A stretch of 64,000 nt of DNA, from the sequence record DRR378314_1695, one strand, 5' to 3'. Positions within the stretch are counted from its first letter, which is position 1; every line of letters begins with the position of its first letter. Under the pieces are notes generated by a model, which was not told the DNA's origin, did no database searches, and was given only the letters and a program-made list of their open reading frames with translations. Both the position numbers and the translations under genes were made by a program. Of this stretch, positions 59,504 to 64,000 are shown in pieces.

Positions 59504-60349
59504 ATGAAAGCAGTTTTGATTCCTACCGATTTTTCCCACAGTGCCATGCATGCCATAGATTATGCACTGAATCTTTACAAATGTGAACGCACCAACTTCT
59601 ACTTTTTACATGCTTATGCAGATGAGGTTTATGGTCCGTTCAAGACTAATGGGGAAACCTCAGTTGAAGAACAAAAAGAAATTGTAAAGAACAATACGGA
59701 TAAATCCTTAAAGGATCTCATCCAAAAACTAACTGCTAGGGAGCACAATCCAAAACACACCTATGAAGCGCTGTCTGCATTCGACACCTTGGTAGATGCA
59801 GTTAACGACTTTGCCAACCAAATAAATGTTGACCTGGTCATAATGGGTACAAAAGGACAGACAGCGGACAAAAAAATCACTTTCGGTAGCCATACGGTAC
59901 AGGTTTTCAAATACGTACAGTGCCCGGTACTAGCAGTTCCTTTGGACTATAAGTACCATCAGCCAAAAAAGATATTGTTTCCCACAGATTATATGCTGCC
60001 TTATAAACGTCGGGAATTGAAGTTGCTGAATACCTTGGCAGCCGAATTTAAATCGGAGATCCATTGCCTTTACATATCAGACTTTGAAGATTTAAGCAAC
60101 AGGCAGATAGACAACCAACGCTTCCTAAAAGAATCTTTGGCAGACGCCTTCCTGTTTTTTAAAATATGCCCCACTAAGAATAAGGCCGAGGCCATAATGG
60201 ATTACATCAAAAAGAATAACATAAACCTTTTGGTCATGGTAAACTCGCGCCATTCATTCTTGGAAGATATGCTTTACAGATCAACGGTAGACGAAATTGG
60301 GCTACGCTTAAAGGTACCTTTTTTGGTGATGCAGAATCTACCTAGATAA
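59504..60349 (+). CDS. Universal stress protein
   Basis: VLIPTDFS, VIMGTKG, GSHT. Confidence 0.94.
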   Translation: MKAVLIPTDFSHSAMHAIDYALNLYKCERTNFYFLHAYADEVYGPFKTNGETSVEEQKEIVKNNTDKSLKDLIQKLTAREHNPKHTYEALSAFDTLVDAVNDFANQINVDLVIMGTKGQTADKKITFGSHTVQVFKYVQCPVLAVPLDYKYHQPKKILFPTDYMLPYKRRELKLLNTLAAEFKSEIHCLYISDFEDLSNRQIDNQRFLKESLADAFLFFKICPTKNKAEAIMDYIKKNNINLLVMVNSRHSFLEDMLYRSTVDEIGLRLKVPFLVMQNLPR

Positions 60350-60366
60350 TTTAAAAAGATGTAAGG

Positions 60367-61230
60367 ATGAAAAAAATTTTGTTGCCCACCGACTTTTCCA
60401 CTAACGCTTGGAACGCCATCGTGTATACGGTGAATTATTTCCAAAATGAAAAGTGTCTTTTCTATATACTTCACACCTATACCCCTACTTTTTACAGGGT
60501 AGATTATATGATGGGAGGTCCGGTCAATAGTGCCATTCCCGACAAGGGTGTAGAGGTGGCCCAGGCAGGTTTGGAAAAGACGCTAAGGGATTTAAGAAAG
60601 AACCTGCATAACAAAAACCATCAATTCAAAACCATTTCATCTTTTAATATTCTAACCGATGAAATTGAAGAGGTTACCGCAAGGGAGGGAATAGACATCA
60701 TTGCCATGGGAACCCAGGGAGCTACAGGGGCCAAGGAAATCTTTTTGGGAACCAACACGGTCCATGTTATCAAAAAAGCCAAGATTCCGGTATTGGCCAT
60801 TCCCAATGGTTATGCCTTTAAGGAAATTGATTCCATAGTCTTCCCTACAGATTACACCACGCCTTATGACCCAGAGGCATTAGGTTTTCTGGCAGAAATG
60901 TCCAAGTTGCAAAAGGCTAGAATAATAGTACTGAATGTTAAGGAGGATTTTGTCCTTAACGAGAAACAAAATGCCCATAAAAAAGCCCTAGGCGCTTTCC
61001 TTCAGCCCATGGACCATAGCTTTGAGCAGGTCAAGGGCGAATTAATGCCCAATGCCATACATGAATATGTGGAAAAACATAGAATTGGGCTACTGGCCAT
61101 CATGAACCGCAAACATACATTTTTACATCGGCTGATCAATAAATCTACTATAGACTCCATTGGATATCATTCCAGGATACCCTTTGTAGCCATACCAGAA
61201 AGTTGGGAAGAACCCCTTAAAAAAACTTAA
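60367..61230 (+). CDS. Universal stress protein
   Basis: ILLPTDFS, IAMGTQG, GTNT. Confidence 0.94.
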   Translation: MKKILLPTDFSTNAWNAIVYTVNYFQNEKCLFYILHTYTPTFYRVDYMMGGPVNSAIPDKGVEVAQAGLEKTLRDLRKNLHNKNHQFKTISSFNILTDEIEEVTAREGIDIIAMGTQGATGAKEIFLGTNTVHVIKKAKIPVLAIPNGYAFKEIDSIVFPTDYTTPYDPEALGFLAEMSKLQKARIIVLNVKEDFVLNEKQNAHKKALGAFLQPMDHSFEQVKGELMPNAIHEYVEKHRIGLLAIMNRKHTFLHRLINKSTIDSIGYHSRIPFVAIPESWEEPLKKT

Positions 61231-62081
61231 TGATGAAAAATATATTGTTGCCGACAGATTTTTCCGATAATGCCTGGAATGCCATATTTACAGCATTAAA
61301 ACTCTATGCCGATGTGAAATGTACATTTCTCATTTTACATGCCTATGAGCCAAAGGCCTTGAACATGTTAGGGCAAAAAAATCAACAGAGATTAGGAATC
61401 ATTTACGACTCATTGGCACTGAATGCTGCTCAGGAATTGGAAAAAATATTGTCTTACCTAAGCGAAAACCACAACAACCCTAACCATAAATTTGAAACCA
61501 TATCAAAGTCCGATACTTTGGAAGGCGCAGTTAAGGAATTAGCCTCTACCAAGGATATAGACCTCGTTGTTATGGGAACTCAAGGTGCTACCGGAGCAAA
61601 GGAAATCTTTATGGGCAGCAATACGGTAAAAGTCCTAAAACAACTTAATAATATTTCCATTTTAGTGGTTCCCAAGGACTATAACTTCCAAAAGTTAAAG
61701 ACGCTGGTCTTCCCTACAGATTATACCAGGAAGTATGAAAAGTTTGAGCTATTGCCCATGACAGAACTTACAAAACTTTGGAACGCAACCATACAGGTGA
61801 TACATGTGGCAGTAGAATTTTTACTCAACGACGTCCAGGAAGCAAACCAAAAAATTTTGGAAGAGCGTTTAGCCGGTTATAACTATAGCCTACATGAACT
61901 TGGCTTCGATGGCAATATTGCACAAAGTGTTGAGCAGTATGTAGCTGAAACCAGGGCAGATCTATTGACCATGGTGCGGTACCATCATAACTTTTGGGAA
62001 AGAATTATAGATGAGCCCGTAATAAAAAAAATAGCCTTTCATTCCACGGTGCCGGTCTTGTTCCTACCCGAGCAGTCATAG
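61230..62081 (+). CDS. Universal stress protein
   Basis: ILLPTDFS, VVMGTQG, GSNT; TAATG stop/start overlap. Confidence 0.94.
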   Translation: MMKNILLPTDFSDNAWNAIFTALKLYADVKCTFLILHAYEPKALNMLGQKNQQRLGIIYDSLALNAAQELEKILSYLSENHNNPNHKFETISKSDTLEGAVKELASTKDIDLVVMGTQGATGAKEIFMGSNTVKVLKQLNNISILVVPKDYNFQKLKTLVFPTDYTRKYEKFELLPMTELTKLWNATIQVIHVAVEFLLNDVQEANQKILEERLAGYNYSLHELGFDGNIAQSVEQYVAETRADLLTMVRYHHNFWERIIDEPVIKKIAFHSTVPVLFLPEQS

Positions 62082-62245
62082 GAAGGGCAAATAAAAGCCG
62101 TTTAACTATAAAAAAGATGGTACATACATGATTCAGAAAATTATTATACCCTAAGGGTAATAACACTTTTAATCATTACAGCTTACACCCTCTTGAATGA
62201 AACTCTAAAGCTGCAGTGACCACTAAAAGCTATAAAAACAAACAA

Positions 62246-63106
62246 ATGAAAGCAAAACATATACTACTGCCCACGGACTTCTCGGCAAACGCGCGGAATG
62301 CCATAGACTACGCCATTTACCTTTTTGAAAAGGTAGATTGTGTATTTCATATTTTGCATGCCTTTGAAGTTGGGGCATCCAATTTGAGCAGTACCATGGG
62401 AAAGGCAAAGGACACTCGCCTATTTAGGGCAATAAAGGATGAATCCCAGAGAGACATGAAATCCCTAATAGACGAACTGGAATCCGCAAATAAAAATACT
62501 AAGCACTCTTTTAAGGGATTAAGTATCGCCGATTCCTTGGTAAATGCCATAGGAAGAACCACTATCGATAAAGGCATACAATATATTTTTATGGGAACCA
62601 AAGGTTCCTCCGCTCTGAAAGAGGTATTTATGGGCAGCAACACGGTAAGGATTATTCAGAAAATAGACTTCTGCCCTATCATTGCCGTTCCTGAAAATTA
62701 TGATTTTGATCTTCCTGACGAAATAGCCTTTGCCACAAATTTTGAACATATTTACAGTGAGGTAGAACTGGTACCGCTCATAGGATTGGCAAAATTATGG
62801 AACTCCAAAATCACCATCGTACATATTGATACGGGCAAGGAATTGCAACCCCATCAACAAACAGCCAAAGATACATTGCCCAAAAGGTTCTTTGGCCTAA
62901 ATCACGGTTTTGAAGAAATTAAAGGACATACTTCTATTTCTGGGGCCATAAATGGCTATACCCATGAAAATGAAAATATAGGAATGATTGCCATGGTAAA
63001 TTATTGGCACAGTTTCTTTGAGAAGTTAACCAAAGAAAATGTTATAAAGCGGGTAGCCTTCAATACGGAAGTACCTTTTTTAATATTTCCCCTGATAGAA
63101 CCCTAA
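62246..63106 (+). CDS. Universal stress protein
   Basis: ILLPTDFS, IFMGTKG, GSNT; start ATG 62246. Confidence 0.94.
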   Translation: MKAKHILLPTDFSANARNAIDYAIYLFEKVDCVFHILHAFEVGASNLSSTMGKAKDTRLFRAIKDESQRDMKSLIDELESANKNTKHSFKGLSIADSLVNAIGRTTIDKGIQYIFMGTKGSSALKEVFMGSNTVRIIQKIDFCPIIAVPENYDFDLPDEIAFATNFEHIYSEVELVPLIGLAKLWNSKITIVHIDTGKELQPHQQTAKDTLPKRFFGLNHGFEEIKGHTSISGAINGYTHENENIGMIAMVNYWHSFFEKLTKENVIKRVAFNTEVPFLIFPLIEP

Positions 63107-63141
63107 ACGTTGCTACCATTTTACAACAATTACGGCCCACA

Positions 63142-63184
63142 TGATATATGTCATAGGGCAACAATTCTAGAGCAATTAATTTTA
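63142..63184 (+). promoter_or_regulatory. Crp/Fnr-type box plus -7 element (usp)
   Basis: A-TGATATATGTCA-T at 63142-63153; TAATTTTA at 63177-63184. Confidence 0.82.
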
Positions 63185-63240
63185 GTTCACTGAATTCAAC
63201 CAACAAAACCAAACCATATTGAACCGTTAAAATAACATTT

Positions 63241-64000
63241 ATGAAAAATATATTGATACCTACCGACTTTTCTGACAATGCCTGGAATGCCATTAAATAT
63301 GGTACGGCATTGTACTCTAAAACCAGATGTACTTTTCATATTATTCATATAAATCCCATTTCCTACAATTCCGGTGGTGAAGCCGCCATGTATGTTTCTC
63401 CTGAAATATTGGAGGAAACCATCCTAAAGGAAAGTAAGGAAAAATTGGAAAATTTGCTTAAAGAGATTGAACGCCTGCCCCTTAACACCAAACATACCTT
63501 TAAGACATTGGCGTTGTACGGATTTTTTACAGATCATATTAAGCAGGAAGTACAGGATAAAAATATTGACCTGATCATTATGGGAACTAAAGGAGCCACC
63601 GGCCTTAAAGCTGTTTCCTTGGGCAGCAATACCGGTAACGTTCTAACAAAAGTACGATGCGCTGTTCTGGCAGTGCCCGAAGACGCAGAATACAATACCC
63701 CGCGAGAAATAGGGTTTCCTACAGATTTTCAGTTAAGCTATGATATAAAGGTCCTGAACCATATCAAGGAACTTGCTGTACTGCACAGCTCTGCCCTTCG
63801 CTTCCTATATGTTTCCCAAAAAGGAAAAGACCTCAGCGATCTTCAGAAAAAGAATAAGGAATTTATAAAAAATTATTTTAGGGAAAACGAACATTACTTT
63901 CATACCCTTACCATAAAGAATTTGGACGACGCGGTACAAGCATTTGTAGAAAGCAGGGATTTGGATATGCTGGTCATGGTAGCCAAGAACCTAAACTTCT
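63241..64000 (+). CDS. Universal stress protein (partial, runs off the window; absent from the ORF track)
   Basis: Manual translation MKNILIPTDFSDNAWNAIKYG...DLIIMGTKGATGLKAVSLGSNTG. Confidence 0.92.
   Translation, partial: MKNILIPTDFSDNAWNAIKYGTALYSKTRCTFHIIHINPISYNSGGEAAMYVSPEILEETILKESKEKLENLLKEIERLPLNTKHTFKTLALYGFFTDHIKQEVQDKNIDLIIMGTKGATGLKAVSLGSNTGNVLTKVRCAVLAVPEDAEYNTPREIGFPTDFQLSYDIKVLNHIKELAVLHSSALRFLYVSQKGKDLSDLQKKNKEFIKNYFRENEHYFHTLTIKNLDDAVQAFVESRDLDMLVMVAKNLNF

Noticed and set aside
473-63293. Numerous 60-184 aa ORFs overlapping the long genes (for example 9796..10350, 35000..35386, 54398..54619)
   Set aside because: Antisense or off-frame shadows of well-supported CDSs, or spanning promoters, with no recognisable motifs.

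Overview
AT-rich Bacteroidota DNA, most likely Flavobacteriaceae (inferred from SusC/SusD, TAnnTTTG promoters and gene content). Bases 1-17.9 kb hold a SusC/SusD locus with a sulfatase and a Tat-exported PhoD-like enzyme, two Tat-exported Gfo/Idh/MocA oxidoreductases, and a GH63 plus GH133 pair. From about 18 kb to the window end (46 kb or more) lies a clustered, co-regulated stress/dormancy-type regulon. Its intergenic regions carry 18 copies of the palindrome TGAY-N4-RTCA. Each copy sits exactly 23 nt upstream of a Bacteroidota -7 element or near-match (22 promoters in total), which places the box centre at about -41.5, the class II Crp/Fnr activator position. The cluster encodes two paralogous two-component systems whose regulators are REC-Crp/Fnr fusions. 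One kinase has a FixL-type heme-PAS domain. The other has a LOV domain (GRNCRFLQ) whose conserved signalling Gln is replaced by Leu. Targets include 8 universal stress proteins, Hsp20, PfkB, Glk, PpsA, Pta-AckA, a P-type ATPase, an M50-CBS protease, a PNPOx-like protein and an atypical sigma-70-like protein. This resembles the mycobacterial DosR regulon in content but uses different regulators. No rRNA, tRNA, CRISPR array or mobile element was seen. All functions are inferred from motifs read by eye; no searches were run.
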